Origin: an uncultured bacterium
Lineage (GTDB): Bacteria > Chloroflexota > UBA5177 > JANWHV01
DNA: 64,000 nucleotides
Assembly (NCBI GenBank): GCA_963827235.1
Contig: CAWHAE010000010.1
Coordinates: forward strand, 32,001 to 96,000
Direction: 5' to 3'
Part shown: positions 51,921 to 62,092 of the stretch, piece after piece
Numbering within the stretch: the stretch's first letter is position 1
Layout: each line of letters opens with the position of its first letter
Notes under the pieces: generated by a model
What the model was told of the DNA's origin: nothing
What the model saw: only the letters and a program-made list of their open reading frames with translations
Databases searched by the model: none
Translations under genes and position numbers: made by a program

Positions 51921-53005
51921 GTGCATCCTCCTGTCCCGGTGCCTGGCAGCGAGGGTGTCGTGTCGGCCCGCCGATAGAAGTCGGCCACTGCTTTGAACGA
52001 CTCCTTGGGCTCCCACGTCATATCGGGATAGGTGGTGCCATGTTTGCCGCCAGTATAGCTTTTCACCAGGCTGGGGCTCTCCCGGTCGAGGTCGTATTGC
52101 GGATCGTCGTCGTACGGCCTGACCGGATAGATGAATGTGCTGACGAACGCGCCATCCACGCCCGCGCGGTCGAGCAGTTGCAACTGCTCGACCAGCCTGC
52201 TCGCCTGTACGCCCTCGTCGCGTTCGTCAATCTGCGCCAGACGCGTCCGGACGAAGCGCCCCACAACGGGCAATCGGTGCAGGGTGAAGCTCCACCCATC
52301 GATATGCCCTATCGCCAGGACTCCTGACACCACTGGCGCCGAGGTGGTGGGGAAACCGAACTCCGTCACGACCACCGGTTTGTTGAAGGCGAAGAGCGGC
52401 GTGAGCATATCGAGGTAGCGATCTTTGATCCGCTCAGCCCAGTAATGGTCAACGCCCACGACGTCGAAGATGCTCCAGTCGACGTGCTCCCAAATGAGCG
52501 ACGCATAGGTGACGGGTCCGTGAAAGACCTGGCGCACGGCGGCAGTCGACCGAGCCAGATGGTCGTTGAGCGGCTTGTTATGCCGGCCGCTCTTCACGGT
52601 GTCTCCAGCCATCATCTGTTGCAGACGCTTCATGAGCCGCCTGCCCGGGATGATGCCCTGCATAAACAACGTGAGCTCCGAGCCAACGCTGAAGACGAGC
52701 TGGCCCGGATACCGCGCGCGCACCCGTTCGGCCGCCACCGCGGCTCTGGTGACGTAGTCGAGCGTCTGCCGCGGGCGCTTATCCCACAATAGCGGCGAGA
52801 GCCAGACCTCGAGACCCAGCTGCGCGGCTGCCTCGGCCGTGTCTATCAAGCGACCAAGGTCCCGGCCAGTAATGCGCACCGCGGTGCAGTGCAGATCGCG
52901 GCCGATGATCTCCAGTTCGCGCCGCACGATCCGCGGATCATAATCCGGGCGCCAATTGCCGCCCATCACGCTCCCCACGTCGTAGCTCACTCCTCTTCGA
53001 TGCAT
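51917..53005 (-). CDS. Glycoside-hydrolase-like TIM-barrel protein (family often auto-annotated 'abortive infection protein')
   Basis: [55 protein letters not shown]. Confidence 0.65.
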   Translation of the reverse strand: MHRRGVSYDVGSVMGGNWRPDYDPRIVRRELEIIGRDLHCTAVRITGRDLGRLIDTAEAAAQLGLEVWLSPLLWDKRPRQTLDYVTRAAVAAERVRARYPGQLVFSVGSELTLFMQGIIPGRRLMKRLQQMMAGDTVKSGRHNKPLNDHLARSTAAVRQVFHGPVTYASLIWEHVDWSIFDVVGVDHYWAERIKDRYLDMLTPLFAFNKPVVVTEFGFPTTSAPVVSGVLAIGHIDGWSFTLHRLPVVGRFVRTRLAQIDERDEGVQASRLVEQLQLLDRAGVDGAFVSTFIYPVRPYDDDPQYDLDRESPSLVKSYTGGKHGTTYPDMTWEPKESFKAVADFYRRADTTPSLPGTGTGGCT

Positions 53006-53009
53006 GGCG

Positions 53010-53627
53010 TCATTCCTCCATGTTCTGCGCCGATGGCAGGAGTAGCCCAAGGACAATACGGGCATCAGGGAAGTGCTGGTGAAACCGGTCTGGGTTGAAG
53101 ACCGCCAGCCTGCTCAGGCCGTCCAGCGTCGCAAGGATGGCCGTCACCAGTTGGTCTGGATCGGCAGCGCGGACCTCGCCCACAGCCTGGCCCTCCACGA
53201 TCAGCTGCCTGAGCAGGTCCTGAAACCTGCGACCGATCTGGACGGCCTGTTCCCGCAGGTCGGTCGGCGTGTCCGCGTCGCCAAGCACTTGCGCGAATAG
53301 TTGCGCGAGCTCGGGGCGCGAGCGTCGCGTGTTCACCAACCCTGAGATCAGGGCGACCAGGCGTTCCCTCGGCGTTCCCGATTGCGCCACGAAGCGCTCA
53401 GCGGCGGCTGCGCTTGCTTGCAGGCTCTCCTCGACCAACGCCTGATAGAGTGCCTCTTTGTTGGCGAAGTAGCGATAGGCGAGCCCGTAGCTGACCTCGG
53501 CAGCCGCCGCCACATCGGCCATGGTGGTCGCCCGCCCTTTCTGGGCGAAGACCGTCCAGGCAGATTCCAATATGCGCGCGCGTTGCGCGTCGCGAATCTG
53601 TTGATTGGCTGCAGCCGTCCGCGGCAT
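53010..53627 (-). CDS. TetR-family regulator
   Basis: RARILESA..VFAQKG..TMADVAAAAEVSYGLAYRYFANKEAL. Confidence 0.9.
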   Translation of the reverse strand: MPRTAAANQQIRDAQRARILESAWTVFAQKGRATTMADVAAAAEVSYGLAYRYFANKEALYQALVEESLQASAAAAERFVAQSGTPRERLVALISGLVNTRRSRPELAQLFAQVLGDADTPTDLREQAVQIGRRFQDLLRQLIVEGQAVGEVRAADPDQLVTAILATLDGLSRLAVFNPDRFHQHFPDARIVLGLLLPSAQNMEE

Positions 53628-53638
53628 GTCTGTCCTCC

Positions 53639-53667
53639 AGTGATGACTGATGAAATCAGTCATCACT
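53639..53667. promoter_or_regulatory. TetR operator: perfect 13-bp inverted repeat
   Basis: agtgatgactgat-gaa-atcagtcatcact directly upstream of the tetR RBS. Confidence 0.8.
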
Positions 53668-54089
53668 AACATGAGCATATGCGCTCGGCTGTGCGCCGTC
53701 AAGGGCCAGACCAAACAGCCAGCCCGCAGTCAGGGGCAGAACGCCGATGCACGTGTCGGTTAGGCAGCGCGCAGTTTTTCAACTGCTCGTTTCGAGCACA
53801 GTCAGCCGGCTCTGCCAGACAGATGTCGCCATGCACTCGGGTAGCGCTTGCTAGAGCGTACATCGAGCTTCGTGCGTGAACTTCATCTACCCTTTCGATG
53901 ACGGCGACCACGGGCGCGTCGATTGCGGGTCAAGCGTCCGCCGCGCTCAGCGCGAAGAACTTGGGGCGCGGTGGCAACCCACCACGGTGTTGCACGTAGT
54001 CTGTCTAGGGCTCGCATGCCGGTGCCTGGTAGCACACAGGCAGGTACGTGGCTCACTATCGGTTACAACATGACCGGGAGAACATCACC

Positions 54090-54533
54090 ATGAACAAGAC
54101 GAACGCGAGCTACAGCATCGTTTTGCACGGCAAGCGGACGACGGAGCACTACTACCGAGACCAATCTGGCTGGTTGAAGGTGAGCACTCGCGGCCGTGTC
54201 TTCCGGGCGACGGCCGAGCAGGTGCTCAACCACCTTCTTCCTGCCTTGGCGCTCGGTGGGGAACTGGGGTTGACCATACAGGTCCAGCACTACGACTCTC
54301 CCTACTGGCAGACCGTTGCCGATCTCGATGCAGCCGGAGAGCGAGAGCAGATCCCGCTCCAACACCGCCACAAACGCGCGGTAGGCGCGGTAGCATCGCC
54401 GGAACCCATCCAAGGTCGCGGCGAAGCAGGAGCTGTTTGCCGCGACGCTGTCCGCACCACGGCCTCCTCGGCAGCAGCGGCACCGCAGCGCAGGGCTAAA
54501 TGCGTCTCCGCCGGATGCCGCAAGCCCGAGTAG
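54090..54533 (+). CDS. Hypothetical protein (3' end may be spurious)
   Basis: RBS gggag; protein-like N-terminal half GRVFRATAEQVLNHLLPALA. Confidence 0.5.
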   Translation: MNKTNASYSIVLHGKRTTEHYYRDQSGWLKVSTRGRVFRATAEQVLNHLLPALALGGELGLTIQVQHYDSPYWQTVADLDAAGEREQIPLQHRHKRAVGAVASPEPIQGRGEAGAVCRDAVRTTASSAAAAPQRRAKCVSAGCRKPE

Positions 54534-54781
54534 ATCTGGCTGAGATTGTCGCGCTCATCGCGCGTGACGATCCCAACGCCGCAGAGCGAGTCTACGACCG
54601 CATCTTTGCGACCGCCGCGCTGCTCCTCGAGCAGCGGGCGCTGGGGCGACCAGGGTGCGTGGACGGTACACGCGAGCTTGTTGTACCGAACACCCCATAC
54701 GTTGTGCCCTATCGCAGGCGCAAGGGCGTGGTACAACTCCTCGCCGTCATCCACTCAAAACGTGCCTTTGCTGCGGGCTGA
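54500..54781 (+). CDS. RelE/ParE-family type II toxin
   Basis: A..DLAEI...IARDDPNAAERV..RI, GRPG.VDGTRELVV..TPYVVPYR, LAVIH. Confidence 0.8.
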   Translation: MRLRRMPQARVDLAEIVALIARDDPNAAERVYDRIFATAALLLEQRALGRPGCVDGTRELVVPNTPYVVPYRRRKGVVQLLAVIHSKRAFAAG

Positions 54782-55157
54782 CCTTTCGGACATGCGGCGC
54801 AGGCCCGCGGTCGCCGTCAGTTGGACGATACGCCAGCGTGCCAGAGGTCCGCGATCCGCTCGTTGGCGCGTCCCGGTACAGGCCGCCGTGATAGCAGATG
54901 ACCGAGGCGACATCGAATGGAGCCAGGCGGCCGAGTGATGCACGCGCCTGTTGGACATCGAGGCTCTGGGCGGGCACGGAGGAGCGCAGCACACCTTCAT
55001 GCACATTCAGGGCATCGCCGGCGATCAGCGTCCGGCCCTGCGCGAGATAGAGGCAGACATGCCCGACCGTGTGACCCGGTGTGGGGATCACGGTGATGCC
55101 GCCGCACAAAAGGAGCGTCTCGCCGCCTGCGAGCGAGCGCGTCACCCGCACGTGCTG
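54747..55157 (-). pseudogene. MBL-fold hydrolase C-terminal fragment
   Basis: GGITVIPTPGHTVGHVCLY, LIAGDAL, VICYHGG; HxHxDH N-terminus absent. Confidence 0.7.
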
Positions 55158-55628
55158 GCCTACGAGGCAATTCGCGACGTCATGCTGCATGACGCGACGA
55201 TCGCTGAGCGGAGCCGTGAGACTGGGATGGACCGCGGGAGCGTAGCGGAGAAGGCCCGCCGCTTCGTGCAGCACGCCATGCGCGGTCTGATTGACCAGCG
55301 GATCGGGCCCAAGGAGAGCCAACTGCCCTACCCAGCGTTGGTCGCCGGGTACATTCTGTATCTGAAGCAGCTCTACCCCGCGATACATGACCGCGAAAGC
55401 GTGCGCATTGTCGGGCGCAAGTACGGGTGCAAGACGAACCACCACACCGTCCGGTTGTTTCTTCGACGCCATCCTATCCCCGTGCGATTGCCGCTGCCAA
55501 TCACACGCTTCCACGCATTCGAGGATGCCTATCAGGCGAGCTGGACGGTCGTCCGCCTCTTCTTATGAGGGCTGGCATCAGCAGAACATCGCCAACTTCC
55601 TCGGGCTCTCGCGGCAACATGTGAGCGA
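55158..55628 (+). mobile_element. HTH region remnant of a transposase-like gene
   Basis: YEAIRDVML..AERSRETG..EKARRFVQ..M.GL, ILYLKQLYP; frameshift near 55563, then YEGWHQQNIANFLGLSRQHV. Confidence 0.5.
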
Positions 55629-57156
55629 GCCCGCTTCCCTCGCGCTCCACCGGCGATGACCCTGCCTGTTGCGCGGCCGTGGTGCCGGGCGGAGAGTCGA
55701 GCGAGCCGGTTTCCTGCGTGCAATCGGTGTAGAGATAGGTGGTAGCCGCGGCGGTGCGCCGCGCCCACGGACTCGTGATGACCAGGGCAAGCACGACGAC
55801 AGCCGCGCCGTAGCCGGCAGTGACCCACCAGCTCGGGTGACTCGCCGCGGCAAGGCCCGTGCGTAACGGCCCGTGCAGATTGGAGGCGAGCACGGAGCCG
55901 GAGATGGCGACGCCGAGAGCCATGCCCACCTGACGGCCGGTCGAGACGATCGCCGCTGCCACACCTGCCTGCGTGCGCGGCATGCCGGCAAGAGCCGTGG
56001 TGTTCACGGGGGCGCTGACCAGGCCGAAGCCCAGGCCAAAGACCGCATACGAGGCGAGGAGCAGGCCGATGGGCGTGCTTGCGGTCAATGCGGTGAGCAG
56101 CACGGCGCTCAGTGCCAGCGCCAGGCCGGACCCCAGCAGCGACAGGCGCGGCCCGCGCCAGGCTACCAGCCGGCCGGAGAGCGGTCCGGCGATCAGGGTT
56201 GCGACTGCCACCGGCAGGGTCAGCAAGCCGGCATGCAACGCGGAGTAGCCGCGCACCTCCTGCAAATAGAGGGTATTGACCAGCGCAAAACCGCCGATTG
56301 CCGCGAAGGCGGCAAGCGCGATCGCCGTGGCTCCGGAGAACGGCACGCCGGCGAAGTAGCGCACATCGAGCAGAGGCTCGACCTGCCGTGGCTCGTAGAC
56401 GACAAGCGCGATGAGACCGGCGGCGGAGAAGGCGAAGCAGCCGAGGATCAGCGCCGAGGTCCACCCGTCCTGCGGTCCCTGGATGATCGCGTAGGTCAGC
56501 GTGACGAGCGTCGCGATAACCAGCACCTGGCCCACGGGATCGATGCGCCGCGGGTGAGGCGCCCTGGATTCTGGCACGAAGCGGACGACGAGAATGAGTG
56601 CGGCCAGCCCGACGGGCAGGTTGATCCAGAAGACGGATCGCCAGCCCAGCGATGCCCCGATGAGCAATCCGCCGATCACCGGCCCGAGCGCCATGCTGAG
56701 CCCGAACACGCCGGCCCAGACGCCGATGGCGCGGGCGCGCGCCTTCTGATCGGTGAACACGTTGCTGATGATGGACAGGGCCACCGGGTTGAGCATGGAG
56801 CCGCCGATGCCCTGGATCATGCGGAAGGCGATCAGCCAGCCCACGCTGGGGGCCAGGCTGCACAGCACCGATCCGGCGGTGAACACGGCCAGGCCGGCCT
56901 GGAAGACCAGTCGTCGCCCAAAGCGGTCCGCCATCGACCCGGCCAGAATCAGCAAGCTGCCCAGGACCAGGGCGTAGGCGTCGATCGTCCATTGCAGCGA
57001 AGAGACGCCGGCGTGCAGATCCTGCTGGATGGTCGGCAGGGCGATGTTGACGATCGTGCTGTCCATGCCCACGACGAAGAGGCTCACACAGCAGATCGCC
57101 AGGATGAAAAGCCGCCGTCGATCACTGAGCTCCGGTTGCGGCGCACCACCGATCAT
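55501..57156 (-). CDS. DHA2/EmrB-QacA family MFS efflux pump; C-terminus reads into the transposase remnant
   Basis: DSTIVNIALP, WTIDAY, MADRFGRR, FRMIQGIGG, GPVIGG, WRSVFWINLP. Confidence 0.9.
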   Translation of the reverse strand: MIGGAPQPELSDRRRLFILAICCVSLFVVGMDSTIVNIALPTIQQDLHAGVSSLQWTIDAYALVLGSLLILAGSMADRFGRRLVFQAGLAVFTAGSVLCSLAPSVGWLIAFRMIQGIGGSMLNPVALSIISNVFTDQKARARAIGVWAGVFGLSMALGPVIGGLLIGASLGWRSVFWINLPVGLAALILVVRFVPESRAPHPRRIDPVGQVLVIATLVTLTYAIIQGPQDGWTSALILGCFAFSAAGLIALVVYEPRQVEPLLDVRYFAGVPFSGATAIALAAFAAIGGFALVNTLYLQEVRGYSALHAGLLTLPVAVATLIAGPLSGRLVAWRGPRLSLLGSGLALALSAVLLTALTASTPIGLLLASYAVFGLGFGLVSAPVNTTALAGMPRTQAGVAAAIVSTGRQVGMALGVAISGSVLASNLHGPLRTGLAAASHPSWWVTAGYGAAVVVLALVITSPWARRTAAATTYLYTDCTQETGSLDSPPGTTAAQQAGSSPVEREGSGLAHMLPREPEEVGDVLLMPALIRRGGRPSSSPDRHPRMRGSV

Positions 57157-57869
57157 CGCACTATCCTCCGCCTGTTGGCCGGGCGGCCCGAGCGAGGCGC
57201 AAGAGCGGGCTGAGGCGAAAGGTACCCGCGAGCCAGCGCCATGCTCGCTGTGATCCAGCGGTCGCGATCCCCGCCGGCCAGTACGGCGTCGGCGGCCGCG
57301 TGCACAGCGGCAAAGAGCAGCACGCCGCCGGCCACGGCGTCCACGGGGCCGAAGCAGTCTTCGGTGATGCCGCGGGCGATCAGCGCCGCGAGCAGCGCGG
57401 GACCCGCCTGCGCTTCTTCGACCGGCCGCTCCGGCAGGGGTGAGTGGAAGATGAGCGCGTGGTGCCGCTTGAAGGCAAGCGAGATGTCGATGAACCGGCC
57501 GCACTGCTCTTCGAGCACGGCCCAGTAGTCAAGCGGACCCGGGGCGGCGAGTGCGGTCCGGATCGGTGCGCTGCACTCCTCTATCAGGTGGTCGCGCACG
57601 GTGGCCAGCATGTGCTCCCAGGAAGGGAAGTAGACATAGAAGGTGCCCTTGGCAGCATCCGCCTCCCTGGTGACGTCCGCGACCCAGTTGCCCTCGTCGA
57701 CGCCGGCGCGCAGCAGCCGGACGGCGGCATCGACGAGTTCTGCACGCCGCGCGTCGGGCAGCAGCCGCCGGCGGTGTCTGGCGCTCGAAGCTGCTGCCGA
57801 TCCGCTCCCGCACGTGGTGGCCGCGGCGTGCGACGATGTGTGCCCGTCCGTGTGCGTGATGTCGTTCAT
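57153..57869 (-). CDS. TetR-family regulator
   Basis: RRAELVDAA, VADVTREADAAKGTFYVYF; ATGA overlap with the MFS gene. Confidence 0.85.
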   Translation of the reverse strand: MNDITHTDGHTSSHAAATTCGSGSAAASSARHRRRLLPDARRAELVDAAVRLLRAGVDEGNWVADVTREADAAKGTFYVYFPSWEHMLATVRDHLIEECSAPIRTALAAPGPLDYWAVLEEQCGRFIDISLAFKRHHALIFHSPLPERPVEEAQAGPALLAALIARGITEDCFGPVDAVAGGVLLFAAVHAAADAVLAGGDRDRWITASMALARGYLSPQPALAPRSGRPANRRRIVR

Positions 57870-57897
57870 TCCCGTGTCTTCCGCAAAGGGGTATGAC

Positions 57898-57934
57898 TAA
57901 TGACCTTGAGTCATTATATACTGACCCCAGGTCA
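57898..57934. promoter_or_regulatory. Two TGAC-N5-GTCA palindromes (probable TetR operators)
   Basis: taatgac-cttga-gtcatta and tgac-cccag-gtca. Confidence 0.65.
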
Positions 57935-58164
57935 CTTCGCAAGAGAGACCAAAGGCGCTGCTCGGGGTGTGTCATGCTCAATATGCCGGGGGATGTCAAC
58001 CGTCCCACCTCTGGATTGGCCACGAGCGCTGAAGAGGTTTGGGTCTCGGAGTTGCGAGCAACCTCGTCGATATCGTGCTTGGCAGCCCGGCCCGATCCAG
58101 GTTCTACTTGGTGAGTACGAGTGTGCTATTTGACAGGCATGACAACTGCCAGGGGGAGTGTACT

Positions 58165-58437
58165 ATGCGATATCTCGTGAAGGTTCGCGTTGACGTAGCG
58201 AAGATGGCCGAATTCGGACGTGCACTCCAGAGTGGTGAGCTGGACCGAAGCTGCATTCGGGGAGAGACCCACTGTCTCTTGGAGGACCCGGCGGTCGGAT
58301 TCAGCGTATGGGAAGCTGAAAGCAGAGACGAGTTTGAGCGGCGATTTACTGGATGGCGTCCTTTCTATTCCGAAGTAGACTTCCGCCAAGTCGTGAGTCC
58401 TGGCGAGGCGATGGTCCTGCTCATGAAGCCTGACTAG
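58165..58437 (+). CDS. Small hypothetical protein (possible ferredoxin-like alpha/beta barrel)
   Basis: RBS ggggag; MRYLVKV..GFSVWEAESRDEF. Confidence 0.6.
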   Translation: MRYLVKVRVDVAKMAEFGRALQSGELDRSCIRGETHCLLEDPAVGFSVWEAESRDEFERRFTGWRPFYSEVDFRQVVSPGEAMVLLMKPD

Positions 58438-58920
58438 GAGACGCAGTCTGGCAAGTAATCCGAGGTCGCAGTTTGCCGCCAGTGCATCGCCGTGCCACTT
58501 GCGCTCGGCGCGGGCGCCTTGCTGAGCTTGGTCGGAGCGCTACCGACTCGGCGGTCCATGCGCTGCGCGTGAACTAACAACCGGCAATTGCACACGTTAG
58601 CCTGCCTGATTCTCCGCCGCCGGGTCAGCGTCGGAATCGAGGAGACACACCGACACCTGGATTGTGCATCCCGACGGGTCCCGCGGCCGAAACGGGCCCA
58701 AAGAGCCACTATAGTCTGACCATTTCCTAGAGGCCATCGCCCGGGCTGGGGAGCCCGATACGCATGGGGAACGCCTGGATACGCGCGTCTCAGGATCGTG
58801 TGCACCCACGTGGAAGGCGGTTGCGGCGGAGCGTCGACGCTAGACCTGCTCAGCGTGCGGCGGACCGTACACCGCTATAGTGCAGTTGCATAGTTGGCCA
58901 AATGCCGATCAAGGTGACAG

Positions 58921-59154
58921 TGCGCACTCTCACCGGCAGAGACCAGCGCCGTACTTGGGCTGGCAGCGACCGCGGCCCGGGGGCTAGCAGTGCCCTTTTT
59001 GGTGCCCGACATTGACCAACTTGAATCCTTTGAGTGGGTGGTGATCGAAGTGGGCGACGCGCAGTTTGCCGGGCACAACGATATCTCAACCTTGGCGCTG
59101 TGGAATGCACTGCTGGATGCCGCGACCACCCAGCACGTTCGAGAGATCAGGTGA
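58921..59154 (+). pseudogene. C-terminal remnant of an R2K-type ATP-grasp protein
   Basis: VLGLAATAARGLAVPFLVPDIDQLESFEWVVIEVGDAQFAG; upstream frame is closed. Confidence 0.4.
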
Positions 59155-59326
59155 CTCGCAAGTCAAGTCGGCTTCGCCAGCAACATCCAATCATCTGAGC
59201 GGGTCCAATACGTCGGGCGGGCGGCGAGCAGGTGCCACCACGGCTCGGCCGGATGGCTGCCGGCCAGATGCAGGGAGAGTTCTAGCTGCGCAACCGCTCC
59301 TTCGGCTGCCAGCCTCCGGCTTCAGC

Positions 59327-59563
59327 CCAAGGCGGTTCAGATAAGCGGGAAACAGGCTCGGGCCAGGGGACGGGCGGGCTCTAGTTGGAAACGTTCTATG
59401 GCATGGCGCTGCAGCCGGGCGAGTCGACGAAGGGATGGGGCACAGGGCCTGCGGTTGCGATCGCATGGCAGCAGCGGGGGGACTGCGGTCCCGGGTGGAG
59501 CGCCAAGACGGTACGGATAGGCGGGAAACAGGCTCGGCCCACGGGACGAGCGGGCTGAGTTGG
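59327..59563. repeat. Composite (BIME-like) repeat: about 60-bp imperfect direct repeats flanking a REP-like element
   Basis: 59327-59388 resembles 59503-59563; 59421-59500 resembles 6388-6464. Confidence 0.75.
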
Positions 59564-60108
59564 CGCACCTGATGGAGCGTAATGCCGTCGAGGACCTTCT
59601 TGTGTCAGTTGATGGAAAGTCCGTAGGCGAGATCGCGCGGGAGGTGTTGGTGCGCACGTACTGGCTTGACGAACCGCAGCGTCGATAGACACCGCCGCTT
59701 CCACAGCGGTGCAGGTCGAGCAGGCTGCGAAGACACCGCGTACCGCCCGTGACACGAGCACAGCATGATCTGTGTACTGCCCGATGCCATCGCATGGGGA
59801 CGGCGCCCGCGCGGGCACAAGCGCCTGAGCGGCGCAGGAGGAGCGATCGTGCGCCGCTTGGCCTGCCAGGCGATGACACGCACGGGATCGCTGAGCTATC
59901 TCATGGGAATCAACCATACTGCAACGAGAACACAGTCACCAGCGCCGATTTCTGCCTTTTTCGTTCCGTTGACTATTACAGATGGCGTGCTAGTATGCGA
60001 TATGACTCGTCCCAATGCGTGATTCGACAGTCCATCACCGGGATTGCATTGGGTTGGTGAGCGAGCCTCACGCTTACGTCAAGGTTTCCGATCAGGAGGG
60101 TACCTCGT

Positions 60109-60447
60109 ATGAGCGAGAAACAAGAGACAGAACCGAAAGGACGCAGGACGGAGCCACAACGACATGACGTCGACGAACTCTTTGAGGTTGGCGGACGGGA
60201 GGTGGTTCTGAAGGGAACGTCGGGGTTAGCGAAGGAACCGCCCCGTGTTGTCGAAGGCCGGCCCATTCGGCACGATATCGTCGTCGGGGGTCGAACCATC
60301 TCCGCAGCAGGGACATCCGGGGCCAGCCAGGTAGAAGCTCGTACAGCCTCAGGGCGACCGCTTCAGCACAGACCCGCCGCTCAGGACCGTGCGGTCGCAC
60401 CCACCGGGAGCGGCAATATCATCGGTGGCCCGATCCGCCGCGCCTGA
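60109..60447 (+). CDS. Hypothetical, probably disordered protein
   Basis: RBS aggaggg; 112-aa ORF upstream of the next gene. Confidence 0.5.
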   Translation: MSEKQETEPKGRRTEPQRHDVDELFEVGGREVVLKGTSGLAKEPPRVVEGRPIRHDIVVGGRTISAAGTSGASQVEARTASGRPLQHRPAAQDRAVAPTGSGNIIGGPIRRA

Positions 60448-60475
60448 TTACCACTAGAGCACTCGGAGGAAGGCG

Positions 60476-60748
60476 ATGCAAGTATGGACATGGGACGGCT
60501 GGGGCAGTGGAACGTTCGATATCGCATTCCCTTTCGGGACGAACGTTATCAACCGTCATTCCCATTGCGTCGTTTCGCTTTGTGAGCTTTCGCAGCCGCA
60601 AGGTGAACCGCTCGACTACCCCTTCATGGGCGCGGCGACGATGACGGTGCACAACGTCGTGCCCGGGGACGATGGTGTGCTAAAGGTGCGATTCGAGATT
60701 GATTGGGGCAGCACGCTGCAATGGCGTGCCACGTTTTTCATCGACTGA
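60476..60748 (+). CDS. Small beta-rich hypothetical protein
   Basis: RBS ggagga; SLCEL...PFMGAA.MTVHNVVP..G....R.EIDW. Confidence 0.7.
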   Translation: MQVWTWDGWGSGTFDIAFPFGTNVINRHSHCVVSLCELSQPQGEPLDYPFMGAATMTVHNVVPGDDGVLKVRFEIDWGSTLQWRATFFID

Positions 60749-60941
60749 CTCTGTTGGCACATTGCTAGGGGCAACCCAATCCGTCGGGGCGCAGACACGT
60801 GGCGGTGCCGCTCGGGAACGCCGTCGGCTTTTGCCGGAACTCGTGGATAGCGCTCCACGATCTACTGAGCCAACAGCGCACAAGATTACCCCAGCAGTAG
60901 GTTTCTGACGCGGAGCTGATGGAGCCGTCGAGCGCCATCAG

Positions 60942-60981
60942 CGCCCCCGCCGCCGCCGGTCCGACGGCGGCGGCGGGGGCG
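60942..60981. terminator. Perfect 17-bp GC hairpin between convergent units (no U-tract)
   Basis: cgcccccgccgccgccg-gtccga-cggcggcggcgggggcg. Confidence 0.5.
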
Positions 60982-61190
60982 GGACTGATGCTCATCACGT
61001 GTAGTCTCCGAGGGCGGACACTTCCGGCGCGAAGCTGCCGGCACCGCGGGAGCAGCACGGCCGGATGACGCCGGGGCAAACATGCCGTCGACGCGACCGC
61101 TGGACTCGCACCCAACGGCGCTGCGCTACGCGGTGAAACACGCACGGGCGGAATGAATTCCGCACTTGGCGGGCGGTGAGGCTCCCCGCG

Positions 61191-61375
61191 CTGAAGCGCA
61201 GGGCATCGGGAGCAGCGGCGTCGCGGTGAAGCGCAGGGCATCGGGAGCAGCGGTGTCGCAGTGATGGGCGGGGCATCAGGAGCAGCGGTGTCGTGGTGAC
61301 GGGCGGGGTATCGGAAGCGGCGGCGTGGCGGCGAAGCGCGGGGCATCGGGAGCGGCGGCGTGGCGCGGGGCATCG
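61191..61375. repeat. 35-bp intergenic tandem repeat, five copies plus a partial
   Basis: Units start at 61191, 61226, 61261, 61296 and 61331; consensus gtgaagcgcagggcatcgggagcagcggtgtcgcg. Confidence 0.85.
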
Positions 61376-61468
61376 TCGCGGCGTGTGGATCTCGTGGTGG
61401 CCTCACTACAGGACGGCACCCAAACCGCGCGACGATGGCTGGTGGGTGAGGCACGGCCGGCGGCCGCC

Positions 61469-62089
61469 TCAAGTCTGGTAGTACTTGACGCCGCGCCGCC
61501 GGCGAGAATCCTCGACGATGACCTGCAGATCATCAGGCGAGTAGTCGTTTTCGTGCAATCCCGAGAACATCTCCTGCTTGCTCACGTCCAGGCGAATGTA
61601 GCCCGGCAGGGGCAGTGCGTACCGCACGAGCATCGTCGCTTCCCGCTCCACGATCATGATCGTGCGCGCCCGCTGGTCCTCCAGCTTGTTGCCGACCGAT
61701 CGCAGCGTCTCCTCATAGCCGAGCGGGCAGATCGGGTGCAGTGTTTTCTCATCGACCACCGGTTCTGCCACTGCCTCACGGCGGTGAAAAGGATTGAGGC
61801 GCAGCCGCCTTGCGGCCGCCGCACGCTGCTCCTGTTCCAGTAGCTCGGACTGGCGCGCCTGCTTCATTGCCTTGATGGATTCGACCAGGGCAGGTATCTG
61901 CTTGAACTCGATGGTACCGCTCATCGCATGGGCCGGGTCGTCGAGCTTGAAACACTGCCAGACGAAGCCGTCCTCCACTTCGGCGATCGTGATGTAGCGT
62001 GCCGACAGCGTGTCGAGATGGGCGCCGATAGGCCGCAAGAGATGCCCGTACCGTTTGTGTCCGTCCGGCCGCACGCCAAACTCAGGCAC
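61469..62089 (-). CDS. Hypothetical protein, paralog of the adjacent gene
   Basis: YGHLLRPIGAHLD...PICPLGYEETLRSVGNKLE. Confidence 0.75.
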   Translation of the reverse strand: MPEFGVRPDGHKRYGHLLRPIGAHLDTLSARYITIAEVEDGFVWQCFKLDDPAHAMSGTIEFKQIPALVESIKAMKQARQSELLEQEQRAAAARRLRLNPFHRREAVAEPVVDEKTLHPICPLGYEETLRSVGNKLEDQRARTIMIVEREATMLVRYALPLPGYIRLDVSKQEMFSGLHENDYSPDDLQVIVEDSRRRRGVKYYQT

Positions 62090-62092
62090 TTC

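Noticed and set aside
61191-61375. Possible CRISPR array (35-bp repeats)
   Set aside because: Repeats are contiguous and degenerate, with no spacers and no cas genes
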